From Bacteroidales bacterium (GTDB taxonomy: Bacteria; Bacteroidota; Bacteroidia; Bacteroidales; WCHB1-69), in assembly GCA_045130235.1 (NCBI GenBank), contig JBGUPJ010000034.1:96123-160122 (forward strand): 64,000 nt of DNA. Reading direction: 5' to 3'. The notes beneath the pieces are model-generated. The model was not told the origin of the DNA. It was given only the letters and a program-made list of their open reading frames with translations, and did not search any database. Position numbers and translations under genes: made by a program. This document shows, piece after piece, positions 20,827 through 30,941 of the stretch. Position 1 is the first letter of the stretch, and the number at the start of each line of letters is the position of its first letter.

Positions 20827-21795
20827 TTATAATCGGCCCATCACCACGAGCGAGGCGGTGAGAATCATCAGCAGTATCTCGCTGGATATGGCGAAATTAC
20901 GCGCAGGGATGAAGGAGATAATGAAAACTGTAATTGGTGTGAGCAGGTAGAAGAGAGAGTAGGGGAACGGCACGTTGGAAATGAGCATCATGGCGATGGT
21001 GAAGCCAAAGAGGATGCACAGACGAAGGTACCGTCGCCTAATGACAATCAGCTTGTTTTGGTAAAGCACCTTAACTCTTGCCATCACGTATATGACCAGC
21101 AACAGGCAGACCCCCATCGCGATGAGAGCGTAGATGGAGTGGGGGGTGAAAATAGGAAACTGAAAGCGGATTTGGGAGAAAGATTGTAGATAATTAGGCA
21201 GGGAGCCGGCAAAGAAATGATAGGCAAGGAGGTAGAGATAGGAGATGAGGGCTCCACACAAGGTGGCCAGCAAAGCGCGCAGTTTGTCAATCTGGCTGAT
21301 GAGGACATGCAGGATGAAGAAGAGAAGAAGTAGTGCGGCGGCAGGGTCAAACAGGGTGGCGGTTCCAATAATGATTCCAGCACAGAGAAGAGCGGTTTTG
21401 CTGATAGAAGAGGTGCCCTGGTTGCTGATGTTTAGCACGGCAAGGATGGCTGTATTGGTGAGCCAAGCAGGCGTCAGCGGCAAGAAAATGCCCATGCCAA
21501 CTGAAATTGCACAGAAAAAAAGGAGGGAAAGCACGTTCTCTTCGTCCAAAAATCCGCTTTGTCTGATATAATTGAACATCAAAACAGATTGGAGAAGGAG
21601 GAGTAATAAAGCGAAAAAATGTGTTCCTGTCGGATGCAAAATCATCCAGTTCGCAAGACTGTCGGTACAGGGGAGCGAGTTACTAAAATAGCTGATATCC
21701 AATGGTTTTATAAAAATTTCCACCCCGCATAATAATAGTGCGGATACCCCGACCAACAATTGTAAAATATGCGCTTTCCTAAGCAGATAGAACAT
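20827..21795 (-). CDS. Conserved Bacteroidetes multi-pass membrane protein (DUF6427-like)
   Basis: Many TM segments; divergent from the DUF3822/rsmD cluster. Confidence 0.6.
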   Translation of the reverse strand: MFYLLRKAHILQLLVGVSALLLCGVEIFIKPLDISYFSNSLPCTDSLANWMILHPTGTHFFALLLLLLQSVLMFNYIRQSGFLDEENVLSLLFFCAISVGMGIFLPLTPAWLTNTAILAVLNISNQGTSSISKTALLCAGIIIGTATLFDPAAALLLLFFILHVLISQIDKLRALLATLCGALISYLYLLAYHFFAGSLPNYLQSFSQIRFQFPIFTPHSIYALIAMGVCLLLVIYVMARVKVLYQNKLIVIRRRYLRLCILFGFTIAMMLISNVPFPYSLFYLLTPITVFIISFIPARNFAISSEILLMILTASLVVMGRL

Positions 21796-21933
21796 GTTTG
21801 ATTTTTTGAATTGCAAACATACATGAATTTTTTTTACAAAAACAAAAAATGATGCTGGCACAATCTGAAAATTTAGTATTTTTGCACTCTGTTTTTTTAG
21901 AATAAAGAATTAAAAATAAATTAGTGAAATTCT

Positions 21934-22683
21934 ATGAAAAGTAAAGTGGCTTTGACCGTTTTTTTAGGCCTCGTGGTATTGGTTCTTCTGTTCTTCAATC
22001 TGCGGGCAATTCTCCGTCCTGCTAAGTATGCCGATGTTTATCAGGAGCGTATCGAATTAAACACCAACCGTCTCACCGCCATTCAGGTGCTGCAGGAACT
22101 CTATCATGAACGCTACCATTGCTATGCCTCTCATATCGATACTCTGATTGATTTTTACGAGAATGGAGTGCTGATCTCCATCAACTCGAGAGAAAATCCC
22201 CCGCAGGATAGTATGCAAGATGAGAAATTCATGGAGAAGTTCATGAACATGACCATGAAACAGCGTGAGGAGCGTGGCTATGTGATATTTGATACTACCA
22301 AAACTACAGTCAAGGATAGAGTAATCAGCGAGTTGGCCGAGAAGAATGCTAAAAAAGACGGCAACTTGATTACGATGGACGAATTTTACTATATCCCCTA
22401 TACAAAGACCAAATACAAGATTGAGACTTCCGCTGCTGACAGTGTCATCACTAAATTCGCCATTTACGTGCCCATTGAGGATTTAATGGTCAATTTCAAA
22501 GAATCATTGCCGAAAAACATCTTCTTAAAAGGCTTTTATAATCACATGGAAGATGTTTATGACCCGAAAGTGAAAAATCAAAGTTTGAAAGATTTGCGTG
22601 AAATCCGCACCTATACAGGGTTGCAGTTAGGCGACACCACCGTCAACTCACTTGAAATCACCGCCTATGGTGCCTCCAATTAA
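21934..22683 (+). CDS. Hypothetical protein with N-terminal membrane anchor
   Basis: 249 aa ORF upstream of DUF3822-rsmD. Confidence 0.7.
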   Translation: MKSKVALTVFLGLVVLVLLFFNLRAILRPAKYADVYQERIELNTNRLTAIQVLQELYHERYHCYASHIDTLIDFYENGVLISINSRENPPQDSMQDEKFMEKFMNMTMKQREERGYVIFDTTKTTVKDRVISELAEKNAKKDGNLITMDEFYYIPYTKTKYKIETSAADSVITKFAIYVPIEDLMVNFKESLPKNIFLKGFYNHMEDVYDPKVKNQSLKDLREIRTYTGLQLGDTTVNSLEITAYGASN

Positions 22684-23428
22684 TGCCCCCTATTACGCTG
22701 TCCACTTTTCTCCTGAGGGATTCTCACTGCTTAAAAGCCAGCCTTCGGGATCATATATAGTTGAAACATATAAAAGTACCACGCTTTCTGCTATGCAAAG
22801 GGAGTGTGGTGCTTTCTTTGATGCCCCCGCCGAGCAGACCGTCGTGTCGCTCAACTTCACGCCTCCGTTCCTCGTGCCCAAGGCATTATACCACCCCCCC
22901 GCCTCACAGTACTTGAAAATGCAGCAGGAGGTGTCGGACAGCGACGAGGTGTTTGAGGATGATTTGGGAGAGTATGTGGCCATATACGCCCTGCCGTTGA
23001 GCAAGACTTTGCCCATTCGTACCACGCTTCAGAACCCGAAATTCCGTCACACCTATACGCTGCTCTACCATTATCTGGCACAGAGTCCGTCGGATTTGCC
23101 CAACCAGCTGTTGCTCCATTTCTGTGGCAATAGGATGGGTTTTATTCTGGTGAAAAATGGCCGATTGTTTATCATCAGTGAGCTGACCTATACCACGAAA
23201 GAGGATGCCTTCTATTATGTGTTGCATATTCTTCAGCAGCAGGCGGCTCGTCGCGATGAAACCGAAGTGGTGGTCACGGGCGATGCGCCGGAGTTCAAGG
23301 GCATTGTTCAGCTGATCAAACGCCATCTTCCTCATCTGCGAAACGTGGAAAAAGGAGTGAGTGTGGCGGATGTGAAAGGCCAGAAAGAATCGGCAGCTGC
23401 TTATATACAACTTATCGGAATTCAGTAA
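22667..23428 (+). CDS. DUF3822 family protein
   Basis: LVPK.LY and T.EDA.YYVL motifs; position upstream of rsmD; start uncertain (22652 TTG or 22667 ATG). Confidence 0.72.
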   Translation: MVPPINAPYYAVHFSPEGFSLLKSQPSGSYIVETYKSTTLSAMQRECGAFFDAPAEQTVVSLNFTPPFLVPKALYHPPASQYLKMQQEVSDSDEVFEDDLGEYVAIYALPLSKTLPIRTTLQNPKFRHTYTLLYHYLAQSPSDLPNQLLLHFCGNRMGFILVKNGRLFIISELTYTTKEDAFYYVLHILQQQAARRDETEVVVTGDAPEFKGIVQLIKRHLPHLRNVEKGVSVADVKGQKESAAAYIQLIGIQ

Positions 23429-23431
23429 ACT

Positions 23432-23974
23432 ATGCGTATTATCGCCGGAAAGAATAAAGGAAGGAAGATTGTGGCTCCCACCACGCTTCCCGTCAGGCCC
23501 ACCACCGACTTGGGCAAGGAGAGCCTGTTCAACATTCTCAACAACTACTTTTTCTTCGACGCCATCACCGTCATCGACCTCTTTGCCGGCACGGGCAACG
23601 TGAGTCTGGAGTTTGCCTCGCGTGGGGCCATCTCCGTCACCTCCGTCGATTCCTACGCGGGGTGTGTGGATTTCATCAAGAAGACTGCCGCCCAGCTGCA
23701 ATACCTGAATGTTACCGCCATCAAGGCCGACGCGTTCCAGTACGTGGAACGGTTGCGTCAGCCGGTGGACATCATCTTCGCCGACCCGCCCTACGACCTG
23801 GAAGGGGTGGAGCGCCTGCCGCAAATTGTGTTCGAGCGCAATCTTTTGAAACCTGACGGGTGGCTCATCATCGAGCATGGTAAAGACCGTAACTTTTCAC
23901 AACATCCTAATTTTTACCAACTTAGAAAATATGGGAAATTGCATTTTTCTTTTTTGGTGAATATGACGGAGTAG
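23432..23974 (+). CDS. rsmD: 16S rRNA (guanine966-N2) methyltransferase
   Basis: MRIIAG..KGR, RPTTD..KESLFN, DLFAGTG, FADPPY. Confidence 0.93.
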   Translation: MRIIAGKNKGRKIVAPTTLPVRPTTDLGKESLFNILNNYFFFDAITVIDLFAGTGNVSLEFASRGAISVTSVDSYAGCVDFIKKTAAQLQYLNVTAIKADAFQYVERLRQPVDIIFADPPYDLEGVERLPQIVFERNLLKPDGWLIIEHGKDRNFSQHPNFYQLRKYGKLHFSFLVNMTE

Positions 23975-24006
23975 ATTTATGGCAATCATCTTAAATATAT
24001 TATAGT

Positions 24007-24693
24007 ATGAAAAAAATGGTGGTACTATCGGGTGCTGGAGTCAGTGCCGAAAGTGGTATTAAGACCTTCCGCGACAGCGACGGGTTGTGGGAGAATTACA
24101 ACGTGGAGGAGGTGGCCACCATTGAGGGGTGGTATAGAAATCCCGCGCTCATGGTGCAGTTTTACAACGAGCGCCGCCGCCAGCTGAAGACCGCCCAACC
24201 CAACGAGGCTCACAAGATTATCGGTGAGTTGGAGCAGTATTTCGACGTGACGGTCGCCACCCAGAATGTGGACAATTTGCACGAGCGGGGCGGCTCCACC
24301 CATGTTATCCACCTGCATGGCGAATTGACGAAAGTGTGCAGCGATAGAGGGAAGAAGTGTGTGGAAGATATTGGTTATGAGGAATATGAATACGGCAGGA
24401 AGTGTGCCGACGGCGGCATGATGCGCCCGTTCATCGTATGGTTTGGCGAGGATGTGCCGTTGCTGGCCGATGCCGCTGACGCGGTGGAGAAGGCCGACAT
24501 TCTCATCATTATCGGCACCTCGCTCAATGTATATCCGGCGGCGGGACTCATCTACTATGCCCGTCCCGACTGTAAGATTTATCTGATTGACCCGAAGGAG
24601 GTGCAGACGCACTCTTCTCGCGTGGAGTTCATTCAGGAGAAGGCCACCGTAGGCATGCGTATCTTGAAAGAAAAGTTGTTGCAATGTTTGTAA
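24007..24693 (+). CDS. cobB: NAD-dependent deacylase (sirtuin)
   Basis: GAGVSAESGI.TFR, TQNVDNLHER.G, HLHG, RP.IVWFGE, GTSL.VYPAA. Confidence 0.93.
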   Translation: MKKMVVLSGAGVSAESGIKTFRDSDGLWENYNVEEVATIEGWYRNPALMVQFYNERRRQLKTAQPNEAHKIIGELEQYFDVTVATQNVDNLHERGGSTHVIHLHGELTKVCSDRGKKCVEDIGYEEYEYGRKCADGGMMRPFIVWFGEDVPLLADAADAVEKADILIIIGTSLNVYPAAGLIYYARPDCKIYLIDPKEVQTHSSRVEFIQEKATVGMRILKEKLLQCL

Positions 24694-25445
24694 GACTCTT
24701 GGGTACAGGTACTTCGCAGGGTATTCCCATCATTGGGTGTCACTGTCCGGTTTGCACCAGCACCGATGAGCGCGACCATCGGTTGCGTACTTCCGCGCTG
24801 GTGGAGGTGGACGGGGTGAACATTCTGATTGATGCGGGACCCGACCTGCGGCAGCAGCTGTTGCGCTGCGGCGTCACCCGCCTCGATGCGTTGTTGCTGA
24901 CCCACGAGCACAAAGACCATACCGGTGGCATCGACGACGTGCGCCCTATCAACTTCCTGATGAAAACGCCCCTCAACATTTACGGGCAGCCCCGTGTGAT
25001 GAAAGCTGTCCGCAACGACTACTCCTACGCTTTTGGTCCCGACCAGTACCCAGGTGTGCCGCAGCTGGTGCTGAATCCCTTGCAGCCCGAACCCTTCGAG
25101 GTGAAGGGGGTGGAGGTGATTCCCGTGAAGGTGCGCCACATGACGCTGCCGATTTTTGGCTATCGCATCCGCAATTTCGGTTACATCACCGATGCGAGTT
25201 TCATATCCGAAACCGAGAAGAAGAAACTGATGGGTGTAAAAGTTTTGGTTATCAATGCGTTGAGAAGAGAGCAGCACTACTCGCACTTCAATCTGGAGCA
25301 GGCGTTGGCCATCATTGAAGAGATCAAGCCCGAGCGCGCCTACCTCACTCATGTCAGTCACCGTCTTGGCAAGTATGTGGACGTGTCGCAGGAGCTACCG
25401 CAGAATGTTTTTTTAGGGATAGACAATCAAGTGATAGAGGTGTAG
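24684..25445 (+). CDS. MBL-fold hydrolase (PhnP-like)
   Basis: LGTGTS.G.P, THEHKDH, HF...A, LTH.SH. Confidence 0.9.
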   Translation: MFVRLLGTGTSQGIPIIGCHCPVCTSTDERDHRLRTSALVEVDGVNILIDAGPDLRQQLLRCGVTRLDALLLTHEHKDHTGGIDDVRPINFLMKTPLNIYGQPRVMKAVRNDYSYAFGPDQYPGVPQLVLNPLQPEPFEVKGVEVIPVKVRHMTLPIFGYRIRNFGYITDASFISETEKKKLMGVKVLVINALRREQHYSHFNLEQALAIIEEIKPERAYLTHVSHRLGKYVDVSQELPQNVFLGIDNQVIEV

Positions 25446-25454
25446 TGCTGCCTT

Positions 25455-26366
25455 TTACTTGTTCCGCTGAGCCATCTTCTTGCAGATAGTGGCCATCTCT
25501 TTCCGCAACGCTTTGGGGTACAGCACTTCCGTTGTATCGCCCAAGGCCAATAGTTCCTGCCGGAAGTCGTAAGTGATGCGCAGGAAATAACTGAAAATGG
25601 TATATTCTTTCGTCTGCTCGACCACTTTCTGCGAATGGTGGAGCGGCAGCGTGCGCAAATAATTGGCCTGTCCCGACTCCACCTTCAGCCGGATGCACTG
25701 TGGCTCTTCATCTCCAACGATGATGCCGTAGCAGGTGGAGAAGAAGGCCTCCGCGCTGAAATTCTCCGGCATTTCAAACTTGTTGAATTCGATGTCAATA
25801 TCCAACATCCGGTCCAAAGCATAGATGCGCAAGGGATTATTCCCGTATTTCCCCAACAGGTACCAGCGGCGTTTGAACACCTTCAGCGCGTAGGGCTCCA
25901 CATTGAAATAGTGTGACACCCTCCCCTCCATCCAGAACGGGTGGTAATCGAACATGATGGTGCAGTTGTCGCGCATGGCCTCGAGGATGGTGGAAAGAAA
26001 CTCCCCGCCCGACGGGTTCGGCTCGAGCAGGATGCGGTCTTTCAGCTGCGCGCTCTCGTTGATATGGTTGTTGACCGTCAGCGTTTCCAGCAGCCACCGC
26101 CGGAACGCCGATGTGTCGGTGAGGCTGCCGCGTTCCACAATATAATACGAGTTGGTGCTCTTGTGGCAGTCGATCTCCACCCCGAAAAGCTCCCACACAT
26201 CGTTCCGGTGGCGCATAAAGGTGCGCCAGTTGTACTCAGCCCCCTTTGACAGGAGTTCATCGTCTTTCCATTTTTCAGACAAATCATGGAAAGTAATGCC
26301 TGCGGAACCAGCCTGATAGATGGTATCCACAAGCCATACGTAGCGGGATAATAATTGCTTGCTCAT
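25455..26366 (-). CDS. WYL-domain transcriptional regulator (wHTH-WYL-WCX)
   Basis: N-terminal RY.WLVDTI...RTF.RHR HTH; VEPYALK.FKRRWYLLG...IYALDRM WYL motif; YLRTLPLH.SQ WCX motif. Confidence 0.92.
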   Translation of the reverse strand: MSKQLLSRYVWLVDTIYQAGSAGITFHDLSEKWKDDELLSKGAEYNWRTFMRHRNDVWELFGVEIDCHKSTNSYYIVERGSLTDTSAFRRWLLETLTVNNHINESAQLKDRILLEPNPSGGEFLSTILEAMRDNCTIMFDYHPFWMEGRVSHYFNVEPYALKVFKRRWYLLGKYGNNPLRIYALDRMLDIDIEFNKFEMPENFSAEAFFSTCYGIIVGDEEPQCIRLKVESGQANYLRTLPLHHSQKVVEQTKEYTIFSYFLRITYDFRQELLALGDTTEVLYPKALRKEMATICKKMAQRNK

Positions 26367-26386
26367 CGTTTTAAAATTTCACGCGG

Positions 26387-26422
26387 CAAATATAGGCTTT
26401 TTCTATGACAAAACGTGTCATA
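26387..26422 (-). promoter_or_regulatory. WYL box 0 (perfect palindrome) plus -7 element of the WYL gene
   Basis: Minus strand TATGACA-cgttt-TGTCATA-9 nt-TATATTTG. Confidence 0.8.
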
Positions 26423-26428
26423 TTGAAC

Positions 26429-26464
26429 TGTGATATGTTTTGTCATACTTGTAGACTAATTTTG
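26429..26464 (+). promoter_or_regulatory. WYL box 1 plus -7 element
   Basis: TGTGATA-tgttt-TGTCATA-cttgtagac-TAATTTTG. Confidence 0.8.
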
Positions 26465-26500
26465 CGGCAGTTTTCAAACCAATCATCAAAAAACTGTTTT

Positions 26501-27244
26501 ATGAACGAAAAAACACTTCACGTAACCAGCGAATCGGCCAATGCCGGAACGGTAAGCCACGCACTGCACAACATGAAAATATCTGAGGAGGTGGTATATT
26601 GTCCCATCGATTTGTCTTGTGGGTATTTACCGAAAGATTTTTCAGACAAAGAACTCTGTTTTGCAGTTGCCTCACAGAGCTATGCAGTGACCACCCAAGA
26701 ACGAATAGAGCTTTTGGATGAGCTGAAAAAGTTCGTCTCAACCGATTATTCTGTTTATGACAAAATCATCGTATGGCACGGCTGGTCTTCCAAAGATCTA
26801 ATGACGTTGTACTTGATGTCCGTCCTTATTGAAAGGAATCTGTATCATATTGACATAAGGGATTGTAGTACATTTATGTCTAGAATGTCCTCGACCCCGT
26901 TCCCTGACATGGGGCATGTTAGTTCCGATTCTATACAGGAAATGATTCCTCTCGCAAAACCAGTCTCAGCTGCTGAAAAACAAAAATATCAGAAACAGTG
27001 GCACAAATGGATTCATTCAAAACACCCTTATCGCTTGAGTGATCCACAGACGGGTGTCATAAAAGGGTTCCCCGAGAATTTTATGGATAAAACCATATAT
27101 GAATCGGCCAAGACCAATCCCAGCATTATCATCCTCACTTCCAGAGTCTGGAAAGAGTACCTACACTTATCCATTTCTCCTTCCAATATTTGTGCACGGA
27201 TTCTCGAACTCTCACAAAAGGGAAGACAAAAGATAACGTTATAG
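26501..27244 (+). CDS. DUF1835/DUF3658-like protein
   Basis: LHV..SES..G, DLS.G.L, KIIVWHG and W..W motifs; ATG at 26501. Confidence 0.65.
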   Translation: MNEKTLHVTSESANAGTVSHALHNMKISEEVVYCPIDLSCGYLPKDFSDKELCFAVASQSYAVTTQERIELLDELKKFVSTDYSVYDKIIVWHGWSSKDLMTLYLMSVLIERNLYHIDIRDCSTFMSRMSSTPFPDMGHVSSDSIQEMIPLAKPVSAAEKQKYQKQWHKWIHSKHPYRLSDPQTGVIKGFPENFMDKTIYESAKTNPSIIILTSRVWKEYLHLSISPSNICARILELSQKGRQKITL

Positions 27245-27246
27245 GT

Positions 27247-27381
27247 GAATTCGAAAAAAGACCAGACAATTTTCCGGACAAGTCGGCAAAAATTGATTTT
27301 TTGAAAGAGCTGATTGCCGACATTCAGGAGTGCATTGAAAAGGTGGAGAATGAGGAGGGGGATAACTGGTTAGGATTGTGA
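27247..27381 (+). pseudogene. 3' remnant of a paralog of the small gene at 32670-32882
   Basis: EFEKRPDNFPDKSAKIDFLKELIADIQECIEKVE versus EFEANPDNFPDKSAKIEFLKELIADIEECVERVE; no own start. Confidence 0.8.
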
Positions 27382-27501
27382 GATGAATGATTTTTTGCAT
27401 TTTTACAGCGTTATATTTTCAGATTTTGTTTCAAGGGGCTTCGGCAGGGTTTGGATGTATGACGTAATTAGCTAATAACAAGAAGTCTCTTTATTACTCT
27501 T

Positions 27502-28563
27502 ATGGCACAGTGGAAGACGTACACCATCAAGGACATTATTAATGAAATTGAATCAGAAACCTTCGTATTACCAATAATACAAAGAGAATTAGTTTGGGAT
27601 AAAGATAAGATTATTGCGTTATTTGAAACCATTATGCTGCAAGAATCTTTCGGCGGAATAATGACTGTAAAGGAACCAGCAAAGAAAGAGCCTTTATTTG
27701 CATATAAATCTTTTATAAAAGAATATTTAGGACATACTCCCGAAGCCAAAGAACATAAATTAACTGACAAGGAAATAAGTTATGTTATTGATGGGCAACA
27801 ACGTTTGTCTGCCATATATATTGGCGTTGCAGGTGAATATAATGGTGAGTCTTTATATTTTGACCTAAATGGGGAAGCCCAAAAAGGTGTGTTTAATTTT
27901 ACTTTTGCAAAAGATTACACATCAAACAAATTATCGAAAGACATCGATAATTTCGATGCATCATCTCGCAGATCAACTGCATGGATTCAAGTTTCTGACT
28001 TGTATCAATTAGCCATAGATGCTGGTGGCTTGCACACGACTATTATGGATGATGATAAAATAGTTGATTTCATTGATAAGGGAGCAGACAGGGAGACAAT
28101 ACTAGATAATATCTTATTGTTTACATCTTCATTTTTAATGAATTCCGTTATCGGTGTGTGTAGTGTTGATTATGACAAGCACAAAGATATTGATGAAAAT
28201 CGGGTTAGAATTGTGAAACTATTTCAAAAACTCAATCAAGGTGGCACAAAGCTCACAGCAATAGAGTTGATGTGAGCTTTTTTGAAATCATATTCTGTTA
28301 GTAACGAAATCAGGGACAAATATTCCGATGTTGGATTCAACAAGATGCTGTAATAAGTAACAGAAATATTGTCGTATAAGAGATATTGTGGTTATGGAAA
28401 ACAATTATTGAAATCCATATACTACCATTGTAAAGATTTAGGATTCAGACTATTTATCGAAAACACGGTGCTTCCTTTTTATCAAAGCATGGTAAGAAGG
28501 GGCGCAACCATCATTGAATATGGGAATATGGTTGAAATAACCAACAAAACAAATCTTGATTAG
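27502..28563 (+). pseudogene. DUF262 (GmrSD-like) protein, truncated at 28275 with degenerate remainder
   Basis: LP.IQRE.VW, VIDGQQRL, F.KLN.GGT.L; TGA immediately after the DUF262 domain; AT-rich debris follows. Confidence 0.75.
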
Positions 28564-28575
28564 TCTCTTCCCTTA

Positions 28576-28670
28576 TGCCCACCACCCTCATCACCTTCCA
28601 TCGCTACCACACCAATACGTAAAAATCCGCGTTTCCCGCGGGGTGAAAACCTTGTTCCTTTTTGCCCTGC
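28576..28670 (+). repeat. C-rich boundary repeat plus class II box
   Basis: tgcccaccaccctcatcacc...aaaatccgcGTTTCCCgcgggGTGAAAAccttg; copies at 34906, 43500 and partial at 34079. Confidence 0.8.
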
Positions 28671-28705
28671 ACCTTTCCATTTTCAATTCTCAATTTTCCA
28701 TTCCC

Positions 28706-28741
28706 TATGTCGTGGTTTGGCATACGTGGACCCTATTTTTG
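28706..28741 (+). promoter_or_regulatory. WYL box 2 plus -7 element
   Basis: TATGTCG-tggtt-TGGCATA-cgtggaccc-TATTTTTG. Confidence 0.72.
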
Positions 28742-28796
28742 TCGGCGAATTATCAACCTTTAGCAGTTGCGCCCGACACGAAGCAGGGCAGGAATT

Positions 28797-28931
28797 ATGT
28801 ACACCTTAAATTTTCCAAATGGCATGAGCCAAACGTACTCATCTGAAAGTGCACTGAGAGTTGCCGCAGAAAAGATGGGAGGAACAGCCAAACACATTGG
28901 CAACAAAACTTACGTGTTTGTGCCGAAGTAG
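28797..28931 (+). CDS. Small protein, 44 aa (below the ORF-track cutoff)
   Basis: MYTLNFPNGMSQTYSSESALRVAAEKMGGTAKHIGNKTYVFVPK*, between WYL box 2 and a terminator. Confidence 0.65.
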   Translation: MYTLNFPNGMSQTYSSESALRVAAEKMGGTAKHIGNKTYVFVPK

Positions 28932-28940
28932 TAGCAAGGG

Positions 28941-28970
28941 GAGGGGGAGGCTTCGGCCTCCCTCTTTTTC
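28941..28970 (+). terminator. Intrinsic terminator
   Basis: GGGAGGC-ttcg-GCCTCCC followed by TCTTTTT. Confidence 0.85.
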
Positions 28971-29060
28971 TACATAATGCCCCTGCATCATTCCACCAGC
29001 ACAGCAAGTCGCTGGCGGAATTCCCACCTTTCAGTTTTCAATTCTCAATTTTCAATTTCC

Positions 29061-29096
29061 TATGTCACGTTCTGTCATACCTGTACCCTAATTTTG
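29061..29096 (+). promoter_or_regulatory. WYL box 3 plus -7 element
   Basis: TATGTCA-cgttc-TGTCATA-cctgtaccc-TAATTTTG. Confidence 0.82.
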
Positions 29097-29138
29097 CCGG
29101 CAGTTTTCAAAACAATCATTCATCAAAAATGAAAAAAT

Positions 29139-29759
29139 ATGGAAAAACAACAATTAGACGATTATCTACTGAGCAAACAACTCAGGATAGAAGCTTTCAA
29201 AGAATTATCTGGTAGTTACCTGCTGACGGAGGAAATGATGCTCGCTTTTCAAAACGAATTAGACTGGACGAAAGTGTCTGCCAACAACAGTATTCCTTGG
29301 TGTGCCGGGAAAATCGAGCGGTGGAAAAGCCGTATTGACTGGAAGGTCTTCTCAAGCAACGTAAGTGCGAATGCTCTAACACCCAACAATATAGAACGGT
29401 TTAAGGACTATTGGGATTGGGAAGCGTTGTCCGGGAGATACGACTTGATTTACACTTGCGAGCTCATCGACAAATACCTCGACCGTTGGAATTGGACTAA
29501 ACTTATTAACAACTATTACAACAATGTCCAAAGATACTTCTACCATACCCATTACAGCCGGCTCGGCAGACGCACAGATTATGACCCTAAACACATTTCA
29601 TATCCACTGCCTCCTAAGGTTTTTCTTGAACGTTACCAGCAATATATACCTGTGGAAGATTTTGAAAACAGTGCTCTTTGGGATGCTCTCGTGGAAGACG
29701 AAAAAATGAGAATTGAGCAGGAGCTTGTAGAAATCGAGTGGCCAAATAAAAGCAAATAA
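29139..29759 (+). CDS. Tryptophan-repeat hypothetical protein A
   Basis: Repeated (I/W)DW..(L/F)S units; paralog of next ORF. Confidence 0.75.
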   Translation: MEKQQLDDYLLSKQLRIEAFKELSGSYLLTEEMMLAFQNELDWTKVSANNSIPWCAGKIERWKSRIDWKVFSSNVSANALTPNNIERFKDYWDWEALSGRYDLIYTCELIDKYLDRWNWTKLINNYYNNVQRYFYHTHYSRLGRRTDYDPKHISYPLPPKVFLERYQQYIPVEDFENSALWDALVEDEKMRIEQELVEIEWPNKSK

Positions 29760-29793
29760 AAACATTATTCAATACCAAACAGACACTTTAGTG

Positions 29794-30363
29794 ATGGACT
29801 CTCAAAAATCAAACTTCCCTCTGATAGAAAGAAGAATCCGGAAAGCGGCAATGAAGCGCATATCCGAAGATTATCCTCTTACAGAAGAATTATTAGAGTT
29901 TTATAAAGACGAGTTGGAGTGGTCTGGAATCTCGTTCAATCGTAATATCAAATGGAATGAACGAATGATCGAGCGGTGGAAAGACCGTATTGACTGGAAT
30001 GTCTTCTCACGCACTGTGGACACGGGAATTTTAACACCCAATAACATTGAACGGTTTAAGGACTATTGGGACTGGGGAGAACTCACCATGCGATTAACCT
30101 TGTCTTGCGAACTGATAGATCTGTATATCGACCGTTGGGAATGGTGGGTGATGCATGCCCCAAAGAGTGAACATATAGTGGCTGTCGATTCTTCGGAAGA
30201 AGCAGTTTCTCCCATGGATTTCCTATTGCGGTATTATCAGCACCTTCCCTTTGAGATTCTGCAATACAAATCGGGATTTTGGGGTCAGCTGGTCGAGGAA
30301 GAAATGAGGAATATTGTAAAAGAGTGGAACGCGTGCACAACTATATCAGCGACGACAACCTGA
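29794..30363 (+). CDS. Tryptophan-repeat hypothetical protein B
   Basis: Shares IERWK.RIDW.VFS and LTPNNIERFKDYWDW with protein A; 3' end runs into the rtcB fragment. Confidence 0.75.
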   Translation: MDSQKSNFPLIERRIRKAAMKRISEDYPLTEELLEFYKDELEWSGISFNRNIKWNERMIERWKDRIDWNVFSRTVDTGILTPNNIERFKDYWDWGELTMRLTLSCELIDLYIDRWEWWVMHAPKSEHIVAVDSSEEAVSPMDFLLRYYQHLPFEILQYKSGFWGQLVEEEMRNIVKEWNACTTISATTT

Positions 30364-30710
30364 TCCGCAAGGGTGCCATCTCCGCCCAAGAAGGCGAACG
30401 CTGCATCATTCCGCTCAACATGCGCGACGGCTCGCTCATCTGCATCGGCAAGGGCAACGCGGACTGGAACTGCTCTGCGCCGCATGGAGCCGGGCGCGTG
30501 ATGAGCCGTTCAAAGGCCTTCAAGGAACTGCGGCTGGATGATTTCAAAAGCTCCATGGAAGGCATTTACAGCGAAACCATTTCCAACGAAACCCTTGACG
30601 AAGCACCGATGGTGTATAAGCCTATGGATGAGATTCTGGCCAACATACAGGATACCGTTCGGGTGGAGAGCATCATCAAGCCGGTGTTCAATTTCAAAGC
30701 CGCCGAATAA
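30333..30710 (+). pseudogene. rtcB: RtcB RNA ligase, C-terminal fragment only
   Basis: HNY...IRKGA, IIPLNMRDGS, SAPHGAGR.MSR and DEAP..YK motifs; N-terminal two thirds absent. Confidence 0.88.
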
Positions 30711-30764
30711 CGACCAACGGTGGATGCGGCCAATCTTTTCCCTCAAATCTTAAACAACACGCCC

Positions 30765-30878
30765 CATTCCGCCAGCACTACCTTTCTGTTTTCCGTTTTC
30801 AGCCTTGAGACGGTGCATGCACCGTCTCTACCTTTCCATTTTCAATTCTCAATTTTCCATTTTCCGTTTTCCATTTCC
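30765..30878 (+). repeat. Intergenic module: CATTCCGCCAGCACTAC, REP-like palindrome GAGACGGTGCATGCACCGTCTC, heptamer run
   Basis: Near-identical copies at about 35790-35853 and 43971-44070. Confidence 0.85.
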
Positions 30879-30914
30879 TATGTCATGTCTTATCATACGT
30901 GGGTGCTAATTTTG
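30879..30914 (+). promoter_or_regulatory. WYL box 4 plus -7 element
   Basis: TATGTCA-tgtct-TATCATA-cgtgggtgc-TAATTTTG. Confidence 0.78.
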
Positions 30915-30941
30915 CTGGCGTAAAACATAATAAAAAGCATT

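Noticed and set aside
24007-25445. Sirtuin and MBL hydrolase as defence effectors of the WYL island
   Set aside because: Canonical CobB and PhnP-like proteins in the rsmD housekeeping operon, convergent with WYL and lacking a WYL box
29310-30140. DGR template/variable repeat pair in the Trp-repeat paralogues or dprA copies
   Set aside because: Differences are not adenine-specific, both copies are coding, and no reverse transcriptase is present
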